The notes under the pieces were generated by a model that searched no databases, was not told the DNA's origin, and was given only the letters and a program-made list of their open reading frames with translations. A program made the translations under genes and the position numbers. From Amphiscolops sp. MND2022 (lineage: Eukaryota), in the NCBI GenBank assembly GCA_964187785.1, contig OZ076409.1, positions 24,430,001 through 24,494,000 of the forward strand: a stretch of DNA of 64,000 nt. Direction: 5' to 3'. Every line of letters starts with the position of its first letter. The first letter of the stretch is position 1. Of this stretch, positions 11,259 through 23,365 are shown piece after piece.

Positions 11259-13557
11259 CTGTCTACAAAAAGAAGCCAAAAGAGAAAGAGCAATCAACAA
11301 GAGAGCACCGAGAGCGTAAGTGAAGGTTTAGTTTCACCAATAATAGTAAAAAATACTTGTCATCTGGACCAGGATGTAAGCGTTGCGGGGCCTTCTAGAT
11401 CAAAATCCCCCAGAATTGAAAATAGCCTTCTGGAGAGTTTGAGAACTTCTTTGAAGATGGAAATTACTTCCGAAATCAAGAGTCTTCTCGTGGAATCTCA
11501 AAACGAGATGTTGAAACTATTGAAACCTAAAATAGGAGAAAATGCCAGCGAGAACATTGAAGGGGAAACACAAAACGAAATGAGAAGTTTTTACACTCCT
11601 ACAAAATCTCTCAGGATAAATTCAACCCAAAGCGACCCGAACGAGAGTCGTAATATGGTGACAGGAATTTTAACCGACTCCACCAATCAACCTAAAAGAC
11701 CAAGAATAAGGAACCAAAGTCAACCAGCGTCCAAAGAACGTCCCATAGTAGCTACGACACTCTTTTTACCAGACAAAAACGACAACACTAGGCTGCCTAT
11801 GCCAAAAGCTCTAACAGCATCACTCCCAACCTTTGATGTGAAGTCTGACAACTTCGAGCTCTTCGAAGACCTTTTCCGCTATTGTATCAAGATGTATCCA
11901 CATTTCACGGAAATCCGAAAAAATTAAGGATTTCCACTCTCTACTCTGAGGAGACGCATTACAAGCGTCCTGTAATTTGAAAGACTCGAAAAAAGATTAG
12001 TTGAAACGAAATAATGACGATTTTTAAGCACCGCTTCGGAGACTATCTCTCAATGGCAAAAACCAGATGTGAATGGGATGCGCTCAAAATTGATCCCTCG
12101 ACTCAAAAGCTCCATGGATTTTTGGACGTCCTTCAGAAAACGGCAGAAGAAGCCTTTGGATCAGAAGCCCAACAATTTATAGAAAAGGCAATATACGCAA
12201 AATGTCTGACCAAGTTAAGACAATCCTCAACAGGGCATACCTTGAGGACAAACCATTTAACGACATCGTACTCCATTTGGAAAGAGAAATGAGGCTTAAC
12301 GGCCTCGGAGCGCCAGACGAGGTGACCCTCGTCCCTCTAAATAAAAAAGAACCGGCCCAACCCAAAACTGAAAAAATATCAGCAGAAAATGGTACACAGA
12401 ACACCAAAAAGGGATTTTGCTTCTATTGCAATAAATTCAGCTACTTCAAGGCTGAAACACTCCTACAAAATCTCTCAGGATAAATTCAACCCAAAGCGAC
12501 CCGAACGAGAGTCGTAACATGGTGACAGGAATTTTAACCGACTTCACCAATCAACCTAAAAGACCAAGAATAAGGAACCAAAGTCAACCAGCGTCCAAAG
12601 AACGTCCCATAGTAGCTAGGACAATCTTTGCACCAGACAAAAACGACAACACTAGGTTGTCTATGCCAAAAGCTCTAACAGCATCACTCCCAACCTTTGA
12701 TGTGAAGTCTGACAAATTCGAGCTCTTCGAAGACCTTTTCCGCTATATTATCAAGATGTATCCACATTTCACGGAAATCCGAAAAAATTGAGGATTTCCA
12801 CTCTCTACTCTGAGGAGACGCATTACAAGCGTCCTGTAATTTGAAAGACTCGAAAAAAGATTAGTTGAAACGAAAAAATGACGATTTTTAAGCACCGCTT
12901 CGGAGACTATCTCTCAATGGCAAAAGCCAGATGTGAATGGGATGCGCTCAAAATTGATCCCTTGACGCAAAAGCTCCATGGATTTTTGGACGTCCTTCAG
13001 AAAACGGCAGAAGAAGCCTTTGGATCAGAAACCCAACAATTTATAGAAACGGCAATATACGCAAAATGCCTGACCACGTTAAGAAAATCCTCAACAGGGC
13101 ATACCTTTAGGACAAACCATTTAACGACATCGTACTCCATTTGGAAAGAGAAATGAGGCTTAACGGCCTCGGAGCGCCAGACGAGGTGACCCTCGTCCCT
13201 CTAAATAAAAAAGAACCGGCCAAACCCAAAACTGAAAAAATACCAGCAGAAAATGGTTCACAGAACACCAAAAAGGGATTTTGCTTCTATTGCAATAAAT
13301 TCAGCTACTTCAAGGCTGAATGTCGCGAAATGAAGGGAGACAAGTGGCAACAGACCCGCAAAAGTAGCAGTCAACAACGACGCAGGCAATACGCTCAAAT
13401 GCGACACTTGCGGCGAACCACACAAAACGAAGATTGTCGGAATGGAGCCAACTCTGCCAACGATCCACGACCAAAGCGTCACAACCAACTGGAACGAAAG
13501 AGTCATAACCCCGTCCAACATACGACAACTAAAACCACCGACGAATCAAAAAACTAA
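11259..13557 (+). pseudogene. gag: Gypsy gag (frameshifted, internally duplicated); begins inside the 5' LTR
   Basis: LPTFDVKSDKFELFEDLF capsid-like segment, HLEREMRLNG, degenerate zinc knuckle CFYCNKFSYFKAEC, stop at 13555-13557. Homologous to the gag at 62158-63016. Confidence 0.85.
11656..11666 (+). promoter_or_regulatory. Primer-binding site TGGTGACAGGA
   Basis: Starts TGG directly after the LTR end. The same 11-mer recurs in the duplicated copy (12520) and in the second element (61954). It is one mismatch from a tRNA-Leu(CAG)-type PBS (inference). Confidence 0.75.
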
Positions 13558-16500
13558 TTACGCCGCGCCTGCGCTTCTAGGAAACAGTAGACGCGAGGGC
13601 GTATTCAAGAGAGGATACCCCACCATAGACAACGATAAAACGACAACGGAATGCAACGGAACACCAACAGAGGTCTGGCTAAGACGACAAGGAATCGCCA
13701 CTATAAAAAGACATAAAATCAAAAATATCCAACAAAAAGCATAACCAGAATGGATCAAAGATTCTGATGACAAATATAAGACGATCAAAAGACCACTCCC
13801 ACTGTCAAACCAAGAAATGGTCTACGTGTTCGACAAATACTACCGATGTGCTCCTTGGGACAGGCCAAACCTCTACAACCAAGCCTCTGTCACCTTTGAA
13901 GAACAGACCTCGGCACCACCAGTCGATAACGCAGACGCCCACAACGAACAACCACCGTCACAATAGACCAAGGAAGATACCACAAGCTCCACCACGACAT
14001 CTATCTTCCCAGACGACTTCCCCGTCTCACTCAATTCCATCAAAGAATACATGACAGAAAAAGATGGCGATACATACATTCCCCTACACTCAACCGTAGT
14101 CCTCAAAAAACGACAACGAATGCTATACTTCCCACTTGAATTCGGTGAAATGACTATGAATGGACGTGTCAACTCGGGAGCGTTCATCAACGCAATGTCC
14201 TGGTCCGATTACAATGCAATCAAAATGAACAGCAATAATTGCATCATTATGGAGTACCCTCAACCTCTTTTCAAAATTGAAAAAGCGAAAGCCTAGATGG
14301 AACAACCAATAGCCACAGCTGATATATAATTCAACATCGGAACGTATACTTTCACGGATACCTTTGTCATCCTCTCAAAGACGTCTTTTCCCATAATAGG
14401 GCTGAATTTCTTGCTAAATCATCAGGCGGTGCTGGACACAGCGAACGGAACCATCAATTTCCTACACGTAGAGATAACGTTGGCTATGACAGATGAAATG
14501 ACAAACTGCAGTCCTAAACCTCTCCAAATAATGACAGAAGGGAATCAAACATTGTTGCCCCAACAAACAACAACGGTGAATGCAGTAGTAGTCACCACCA
14601 ACGCAAACGAAGTCACAGGAGCGGTACAACCACTAACACAATTTGGTGAAAAGCCACCATCATTGTCGCTCCAGCGCTAGCAACAGCTCACAACAAGGGA
14701 ATAAACATCAGATTAGCCAACCTGACGGATTTCTCCCACTAAATAAAAAACCACACAAAACTGGCGGAACTCCCAAATTCTCAAACCAGAGGATACAAAA
14801 CAAATACGACCCATCGACTCTGCTGCACTAAAACTGTTGCAAGATCTTGATGACACACACATGTGCGGAAATGAACTCATGAAGTCCAACAAAAACGATC
14901 AAAACGACGAGAATTTCTGGCTCCCCACACCTGAAAACCTGAAATGAAGAAGAACAAACACCAATCCAACGACGGATAAAAAAAGAATTCCGTGATTTCA
15001 TCAAAAAAGAGCAAACAACCCAACAAAAGACCAAGATTCACGAAAAGAATTCCTGGATATGTTCCACTAGGAAGCATCCCAAATGGAAGGCAATGACAGC
15101 TAGGACAAACTATTGTTGAATACAATGACATATTTGCGCGTCACAGACTCGACATGGGTATGAATGACAGCTTCAAAGTGAAACGAACGCCGAAGGACGA
15201 GCGTCCAATCTACACGCAAAGCCTACAGGTATCAATCAACTTGAAAGAAGACCTAACAGTCGAATTAGCGCTAATGCACAGGTACGGCATCATAACAACG
15301 CTGCCATTCTCAAAGTATGCACGTCCAATTTTCGCACAACACAAACCAAATGGAAAATTGCGAATACTTGTCGAGTTGCAAAAATCAACGCGCTAACCTC
15401 GGACGATTACATCAACAACAATCATCCAGTCAGCACCCTGTCAGGCGCAGCGCAACACCTAGCTGGGAAGAAACTAATTTGCAAACTAGACTGCTCACAG
15501 GCATATCACTGCTTGCAAACGGCAGACCAAAGGTCAATCGAAATGCTAGCTTTCAACTTCGCAAGCAGGACGTTCGCCTACAAACGACTGTCACAAGGAC
15601 TGAGCAGAGTATTATCGGTATTCTCAAGTTTCATGAGGGAGCATTCAGACAAAATGATCACAGCCGACCAATGTGCGCAAATGTGGATGATATTGGAATA
15701 GCCGCCAACTCAGTCGCGCAATTGATACGCAACATACGCGCAGTCTTTGAATGCATCAGTCAAGCGGGACTTAAACTAACAACTGAGAAATGCCATTTCG
15801 GAGTGACTGAAGTCGAATTTCTTGGGAGCAATATTACACTAGAAGGCAATTTTGCATCACCCCCCAGAACTACAAAATTCAAAAATTTTTAACAAACGTA
15901 AGATTCCCGAAATCGAAGAAGCAAGTACAAAGATATATAGGCTTTGTCAACTATTACCCAAATACATCCCGCGGCTGTCAGAAAAATTCCTCGTTTTTTA
16001 CGAACTCCTTAAAGCAGATAAACAAATCAAGGTAACAGAAGAGTTACTAGACAACTAGAAAGCGATCAACGCAGCACTAACGGAAGCATGCGGATTGGCT
16101 CTCAAACAACCAATCACAGGACGCCAATACGTCCTAATGACTCATGCCAGCATCCGCGCCTCAGGATATGCACTAATGATCGAAGAAGACAACGATAAAA
16201 AACTCAATTCCAAAAAGAAAACTTTCGACCCTGTGGCCTTTGGATCAAACGTGTTTTCCCCAGCCCAACTGAAAATGTCAATTTATTGCAAAGAACTCTT
16301 GGCGATATACCACGCATTCCTACAATACAGCCATATACTGTGGGAAACAACTCTACTTACACTGGTGAAAGAGTCGAACTAAAAATCCGAAACTACATCA
16401 TGATCCGACCAAGACAAGTCAATCTACAATCAACAGATGTCGCAGACGAAGAACAATTTTTCTTCCTTCCGGAAGAAACTATCGAAACCGAGGAAGAAAT

Positions 16501-18870
16501 CCTGCAAAAAAGGAACAAGCAAGACAAAATGCGCGCGACGAAGAGATGACAAGAATAAAACTGTCTATCAAAGAAACGACCCCAATTCCAATAAACATAG
16601 CATCATACACCTATGGGGCAATAAAAGAAGACGCACGTTTCAGAGTTGAACAAGACACAGATATGGTCTTCGAAGCAATCAAAAAGAAACTGATATGTGG
16701 AGATTATGACAAACACCTTCTACAGACGGACCCGAATGTAAAGCGCCTACTAGTCCACGAAAATAGACTGATAGTCAAGGACGGCTTACTGATGAGGAAG
16801 TACTATGGGGATTGTGGACAAGTCACTCATCATCAGATATTAATCCCCGAACACCTAATTACGGAACTCCTAGGAGCAATCCACGGTCAAATGGGAAAAC
16901 ACCCAGGAATCACCAAAATGATCCAAGAATGCAGATCAAAATACTACCATCGCAGACTAGCCAAAAGAATCAAACAATGGGTACTGAAATGTGAGGTCTG
17001 CTTTAAATACACAGAAAACAGCAGCAGTCAAATCAGGACAAAAATGATCAACAATACGGAACACGTCTTGGGACCGGAAGATATCCTAGAGATTGACATA
17101 TTACCGAATCTACCACAAATTCTGCTGGATACCAAAACATTGTAACAATGATTGACGTAATTTCACGCTATCTATGCGCATATCCAACGCAGGATGCAAC
17201 AGCAAAACCAATTGGACGATGCATTGTTGACGTCATGACAAGACATGCAAATTTACCAACATTAATCCTATCAGATAAAGGCTCACAGTTCCGATCAGAA
17301 GTTGTCGCAGGAATAAGACAGACACTAGAAATTCAAATCAGCCACGCGTCTACGAAACACGCACAAACGATCAGAATTTTGGAAAGAACACACGCTTCTA
17401 TCAAGACTGCTCTAAAAATATCGACAGGAGAAAGACGTTCAATGTGGCATAAATACGTCCAAATTGCAGTCATGAACTACAATACAACGTATCATGAGAC
17501 GCTAGGTTGCGAACCATCCACAGTATTCCATGGACGATCACACTACAACGTCATTGACCTAAATTGGGCATCAAACCAAAATGGAAAACTACGCCCAACC
17601 TAGATATAGCAGAACAACTACAAAAACAAATTGACGAGGTACGCGCGACAGCAAAAGGCAAAATCATGCTGTCTTACCTCAAATACAAAAAATACTACCA
17701 CCGCAAGGGGTCTGCAGCCCCGCTTAAAATAAATGACTATTGCGAAATTCTCAATCCTAAAGCCAACAAACAATCGACAAACTTCGCATTCCAAGACCGC
17801 ATCTAGATGGGACCGTATAAAGTGATAAAGGTTCTATCAAACAATATTTACACAAAACGGAAAATTGGCACGAGATATACACAAACACTACACAGAATAC
17901 GTATAGACCCGTACGTGCCAGAACAACGCTTACCCGACGTCACAGTACGAGCCATTGAATATGTTCCAGGCCCGCACAACGAATGGTACGCAGCTTCTTG
18001 GGAAAAAGATTTCGGAAAACAGATGGACGAACACGAAACATCAGAAATTGCAAACAACAACCAAGAATCTGTAACACAAAAAATATTGGACACGAATGAC
18101 AAAAAAACGGTGCAAAAAGAAACAGAGAATCAAAGCGAAGATACGAATGACGTGACACCGTCGTCACCAGATTTCTCAAATCTTACCACGGACGTGGTGG
18201 ACAACTCATATATACGACGTCCCCACCCACTGAAAGTCCACCTATTCCCCCAAAATCTCCGCCCACAGTTGTCGGATATAATAAAAAAAAACAAGACGAG
18301 AACGTCTAAAGTCGGCGCTATAACTAAGGCTCAAAAAGCGCAAAACATTTTTTTCGAAAAAACGTGAAATTTTCGAAAAAAACTTGAAATTTTCGAGAAA
18401 AAAAAATTTTGAGGAAAATATCACACTGTGCAGAAAAAATCAAAAGGGGGACCCTTTAGCCTCGGACGGTTTTGTAGATTACGTTAAGAAAGTACGAAAT
18501 GAAAGCGGGGACCCTTTGGAGACAAAAAATTTTCGAAACAAAGTCGCACAGTGCCAAAAAAATCAAAAAAATCGAAAGGGGGGACTCCGTAGTCCCGTCC
18601 GGTTTTGTAGGTTACCTTGAAAAAGATTTACACTAAATTTGTTTTGGCCTCTTTGCCGGACTGGGCGCCTTGGGTGGTTTCAGGATTGTTTCTAAAAAGT
18701 GGACCGATCAGTGTGAGTCTGAAGAAAAAAAAAACAGTCACTGCCAAAGTCGGGTATTTTTCCCGAAAGGAAAAGCGCGGACTAAAAACAGTAAATTATA
18801 CCTTGTGACCTAATTCCAAACCTAATGCTGATCCTGACTTCAGGCGACTTGACGCCATGACTACGACTCA
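13548..18870 (+). pseudogene. pol: Gypsy pol remnant: protease, reverse transcriptase, RNase H, integrase
   Basis: Protease (GRVNSGA, degenerate DSGA) ~14150. RT PIFAQHKPNGKLRIL, LSQGLS and (Y)VDDIGI ~15680. RNase H VLMTHAS...CKELLAIY, with the C-terminal half apparently deleted near 16370. Integrase HGQMGKHPG...CEVC, SDKGSQF, LERTHASIK and GPY. Many stops and frameshifts. Confidence 0.92.
18290..18787 (+). mobile_element. Helentron-associated / DINE-1-like element inserted in the integrase C-terminus
   Basis: AACAAGACGAGAACGTCTAAAGTCGGCGC ... AAAGTCGGG...GCGCGGACTAAAAA; same family as 9220-9705. Confidence 0.72.
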
Positions 18871-19099
18871 CTAAAGAAAAGATAATCATCAGGAGTCCAA
18901 ATCGAACCGATTTAACAACTTCAATTACAGACATACTGCGGATTTTTGGATTTGTTTTTTCTCTTTTCTAACTCCGGGAAATTACAAATCTTTTTTAATG
19001 GAGTTTTTCTTAACATTTTCTCAAACGATTTATCGAAACTCAAGAACAAAGTAACTACAATAACAAACCGACAATAGTTTGAAACAACAAAACAGAAAA

Positions 19100-22000
19100 T
19101 GTTACTGAACTGATTCTTTTTTGAACTGCCTCCAGCCTTCTTACTGCCTCCGGCTCCACGGTTAAATGTTTTCTGTTTACTACTTGACGGTTCCACGTCC
19201 TCCTCATGCTTCTTCCGTCCCAACAGCGACGCATGTTTTCTCTTTTCGACATGATCGACATTGCTCTCAACATTGGCAGATGTATCACCAAAGACACTCG
19301 AAGAAGCACTCTCAGCACACGTCGCTGTCGACAACTCAGCATCACTTGTGGAACGTGATTTAGCATCACGAAGTTGTTGATACGAGCTTTTGTTCTTCCG
19401 AGCAAGATGAGCGGTAAACATCTCCATATAACGATTCTCAAACGCACTTTGCTCGGCACTGCAAATATTGACCCAAGGATCAAATGAAGTTTTGCTCATT
19501 AAAATCTGTGAATTAGCTATGGCATCACGGACGCACTCATTAGTGTGTTTTGTAGAAAAAGCACTCTGCTTATAATTTGACGCAGCGATACAACTGTGGA
19601 TACCTCGAACACACGACGTCACAACCAGTTCAGGGACTACACAATCAGACAAGTGCCTGGGTTCATGGCTCCAAACAACACAACTTGAGAACTCGGCACA
19701 AAGTCTTGCGCGAGAGGAAATTATAATCCGCCAGCAGAAATTCCACAACATTTTTGATCCCCTCAACACTACGTCCACTACTGACATGACGAGCTCGCAC
19801 GTCAACGACGTACGTTACAAACTCTTCAACAGCTGCCTTGAACTCCAAATCAGACAGAGCTCCGCTTCTTTCCAAAACACGAACAAGCTTGTTGAACAAA
19901 CTAAAGACGCAGTCATCATCTCCTTCCAGCAACAACTCAGGACAGAAGCTGTACAGGCCTTGTAACAAGCTAGCTGATACAAGTTGACAAGACAAGATTG
20001 ACACAACGAGACGATCCACAAATTCTGGACACTGACTGAGAAACTCTCGCGCTTCCCCTCCCTTGCTCGCTTTCAACACTTCTCCGAACTCGCAACTTTG
20101 CAAGAAAAAAGTCACATTGATTTTCTCAAAGGCAGCAAGCTTGGACAGGTCCATGTACTCCTCCCATGCATTCAACTCCAGCAGGGATGACACGCTACGA
20201 CTCCGTGACAACAGACAGTAAACTAGGCTGCACAATTCTATATCAAAGTGGAAATGGTAGTCACTACGCCCAGATTGCTGCTTCTTGACGCTTACTGCAT
20301 CTAAAACATCGCAACGACATCATACGTGAGGACAACGACAACCTAAAGAGCAAACTCACTCATAGCTACATATGATGACGAAACAACAACGAATAATACT
20401 TAGAAAGATCTAGAATGTGGAGCAGCAGACCCAAACGCAGTTCATTAGTGCCATCCGAGTACACGAGCCAATCTGTCCTGCTCATCTACAAAACAAACCG
20501 AGTCAACAAAATTTATGGAGAGATGACAAATGACGTACACAAACTCGATATACAAAAATCAGAGAAGTCAAAAAATTATTACCCTATCAGCATCACACTT
20601 CACATGACGTGGGCAACTGAAACGGACGAATTCACGCACTGAGTTTCAGATGGGAAGCAGCTCTGACACAACTCCGCGAAGATCATGGAACGTCACATGA
20701 CCGGCAACAACACAACGACGAAGAATGGGGCAATCCACCATACTCGTCACTTCGAGGCCACCAAAGACAGCTTCGTGGGCTTCCTGAAAACGCTGCAGGA
20801 TTATCTTCTCAGGAAATGTTCGGCATACAATAAATTGGCACCCATCAACTCGATTGTCGTTCAACACTCGCACAAGAGTGGGGCTCCCGTTTTGACATGG
20901 CAACGGCAACTGACAAGTACTATTGCAAACTGCCCACATTCCGCGAGAGACCAGCCAATTTTGCACGAGGGACACGGTGTCCAGCCACTTCCACTCGGAT
21001 ACACACATTAAGCAGTGAATCCTTGTCCCAAGTCTGAACAAAACAGCCTATGAAATCTGCCTCCTCATCGAAGAACACACTGTAAACACGATAGGCGGAG
21101 ATGCGGGCACCAGAAGTCGTAATGCTCGTGGGAAAAGAGCGCGGCAGATCAAAGCGTGAAACACAAAATGATGCTCAACACTCAAACCGCAAAAACATGA
21201 AAGAAAATAAACAACAGCGATCTTTTCACACCCAAAACAAGCTCACCAATGATTCGGTCCGACTCCAGTTGAGGCTGAACAAAGGATTCTCAGGGCCCAA
21301 TGTAGCACGGAAGCACCCCCATAACTTGCGCAATAGAATATAGCTGCCCCCAAAACGAAGCAACTCCAGTATACAATTCACCATCGTCAACAAGGTGATC
21401 GTCGAAACTACGCGGGTACATGCAGGCAACAAATCTTCTGGGAAATTGAACCCTCAGAGAGACCCTTACACGGACGAGATCGGAAATCAGCGATCTGTTC
21501 AGCAGACAGTTCCATCGGGTCCATTGGTCTGTTGAAGAGGGGCAGCCTTTCACGATGACGGTATGTAACATCTGCGTACCAGTGTCGCTCACCAAAGTAG
21601 TGCCGGCTGAGCTCTTCTGCTCCTCGAGTGCGCATTGAAACGTCGCGGTAACAAATGCGACAAACGAACTTCTCGTTAGAGACAGTACTTGAACCACTCA
21701 CAAACAGAGAGTACACGGGATGATCACCAACCATCTCACGACGAGGACGATTACGGGCGCTGTATATCTGGTTGGGCTGACGACTTGCAAGAGACACCCC
21801 TTCCAAACTCTGCTCCATACGCTATACAAGCTTTTGAAAGTCTACATCAGAAACAATATCATAAAAAACAGCACAACAGCGGATATGCTACCGTTCAGCG
21901 AAGCCACAACGACACAAATACTCACTGGCAACGAAGGGCTCTATCGTCTGATTGTCAACTTCTAAAGTCATAGGCTCTCTCACTCTCAGAGCATGGCGGT

Positions 22001-22974
22001 AACTGCTGGCCTGAGCCACATTGCGAACCTCGTCAGAATCAGTGCTTACAAAATACAGCAACCAATAAATAGAAAACCAGCATGGGGAAGGAAAGTAGCA
22101 AAACTAAAAAGTTGTACGTACTGTCAAGTTCGAAGTGAAGAGCCTGAGGACGTAACCCAGGGCGATTTTTTGTGAGGCGTTTTGTTGACGTCGGACCAGA
22201 CACACTCTTTCCAGGCTGCAAAGACCATGCTACAAAACACCAATCCTCAAACCATCTATCTTTAATCTCCCTCCACAAATAAAATACAAACAACCTACTG
22301 CCTTTCACGTTGGGGGAGGCGACACGACTACTAAGTCCAAAATCATGCAGGAAGGAGGAAAACGTTGACGAACTCACCGCCCCACTATGCCCACCAGCCT
22401 GCGCAACAACTCCTGATGCCTTTGCATTTCCTCCAGGACCGGGGGAAAGATCCTCGCATCCGCAAGTAAAAAGCGCTGCAAGAATGGAAGGATCAGGAAT
22501 TCCAGATAGATCGGGAATGGCAAACAAGTCAGACAAAGAATATCGAGCTCATCTGCCTGAGAAGCGATAGTGTCTGGCGCAGGCGAAACCCTCCCAGTAG
22601 GGGCCGCAGCTGAAGAACCCACGTCAGGGGAAGGAAAGACAGCACCAACAGGAGGGGCAGAGGAAGTAATGTCGGCGGTTGCGGCAACTGGCACAGAAGA
22701 AGAACTTGGAGCAAGCACTAAAACAAACCCCAACTTCGACGCGTCAAGAAAATCTAAGCTGTGGAAATACTGCTACAGGAAAGGCCTAATCGTTGAGAGT
22801 TTATTTCACAAAAGCTTAATGGAAAGCGGGGATAAAATGCCTACAAAGGCTGGCAGGTTGATGAGTTTCAGCGTCACTATCACGCACATCTCCCACCGAA
22901 AAGAGAAACTGCGTCTCGTGACCACTTTAAATGCCAGGATCAACAACTGGGAGGGCGTCAGGACGTGTGTTCAT
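19100..22974 (-). pseudogene. Antisense, multi-exon accessory gene of the Gypsy element; zinc finger plus hAT-transposase-like protein (now disrupted)
   Basis: Minus-strand exons at about 22974-22847, 22718-22299, 22229-22122, 22044-21926, 21841-21247, 21155-20583, 20485-20400 and 20300-19100, separated by 69-130 nt GT..AG introns (two acceptors appear mutated). Motifs CRIC-x14-RHYFGERH, LNWSRTESL|ALIC, YSVFFDEEADFIGCFVQTWD, LYSFCPELL and AAVEEFVTY...LCRVLKLCCL. Confidence 0.7.
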
Positions 22975-23028
22975 CAGAAAGAGCAAAGAATCTGAAAACA
23001 AACAATATAGAAGGAAAACGCCCGAAAA

Positions 23029-23279
23029 TGACGTCATCAAACCGGTGACAAGCTAAAGTTGATTAACCATGAACAAAAATGACGTCGGCAAAATGTCGAC
23101 AAAAATGTTATTAGGATTAAAAATTAATTTTATAATCTACAATGATGTCATCAAAACGGTGACAGACTAAAAAATTGGCTAAACTAACGAAATTGAAGTC
23201 AGCAAAACGTTGACAAATTGGTTAGGCGAATTATTTAAGTTGCAGCCAATAAAAATGCGACGTTGGCAAAACGCCAACA
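23029..23279 (+). repeat. Array of five 22-bp motifs, each a 6-bp hairpin with an AAA(A/C)(C/T) loop
   Basis: Copies at 23029, 23080, 23143, 23194 and 23258 (spacing 51/63/51/64), with compensatory stem changes. Confidence 0.75.
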
Positions 23280-23365
23280 CCTGGGATCATAAAAGGAATA
23301 AAAATGATTGATTACTAAATCAAAATGGAGTGGTTTATCCCAACGTTTTCCTTAATCCTAACTAA

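Larger units (their letters stand above)
8719..11655 (+). repeat. 5' LTR (2937 bp including a ~485-bp HINE insertion)
   Basis: Aligns by eye with 23720-26083 along its length. TG start; ends TAATA, immediately followed by the PBS. Confidence 0.9.

Noticed and set aside
20685..22995. Plus-strand ORFs (20685, 21720, 22310, 22570)
   Set aside because: Shadows of the minus-strand antisense gene; no recognisable motifs.
23029..23279. Repeat-spacer pattern read as CRISPR-like
   Set aside because: The repeats are degenerate and the spacers resemble each other in a ~114-bp dimer; reported instead as a hairpin array.
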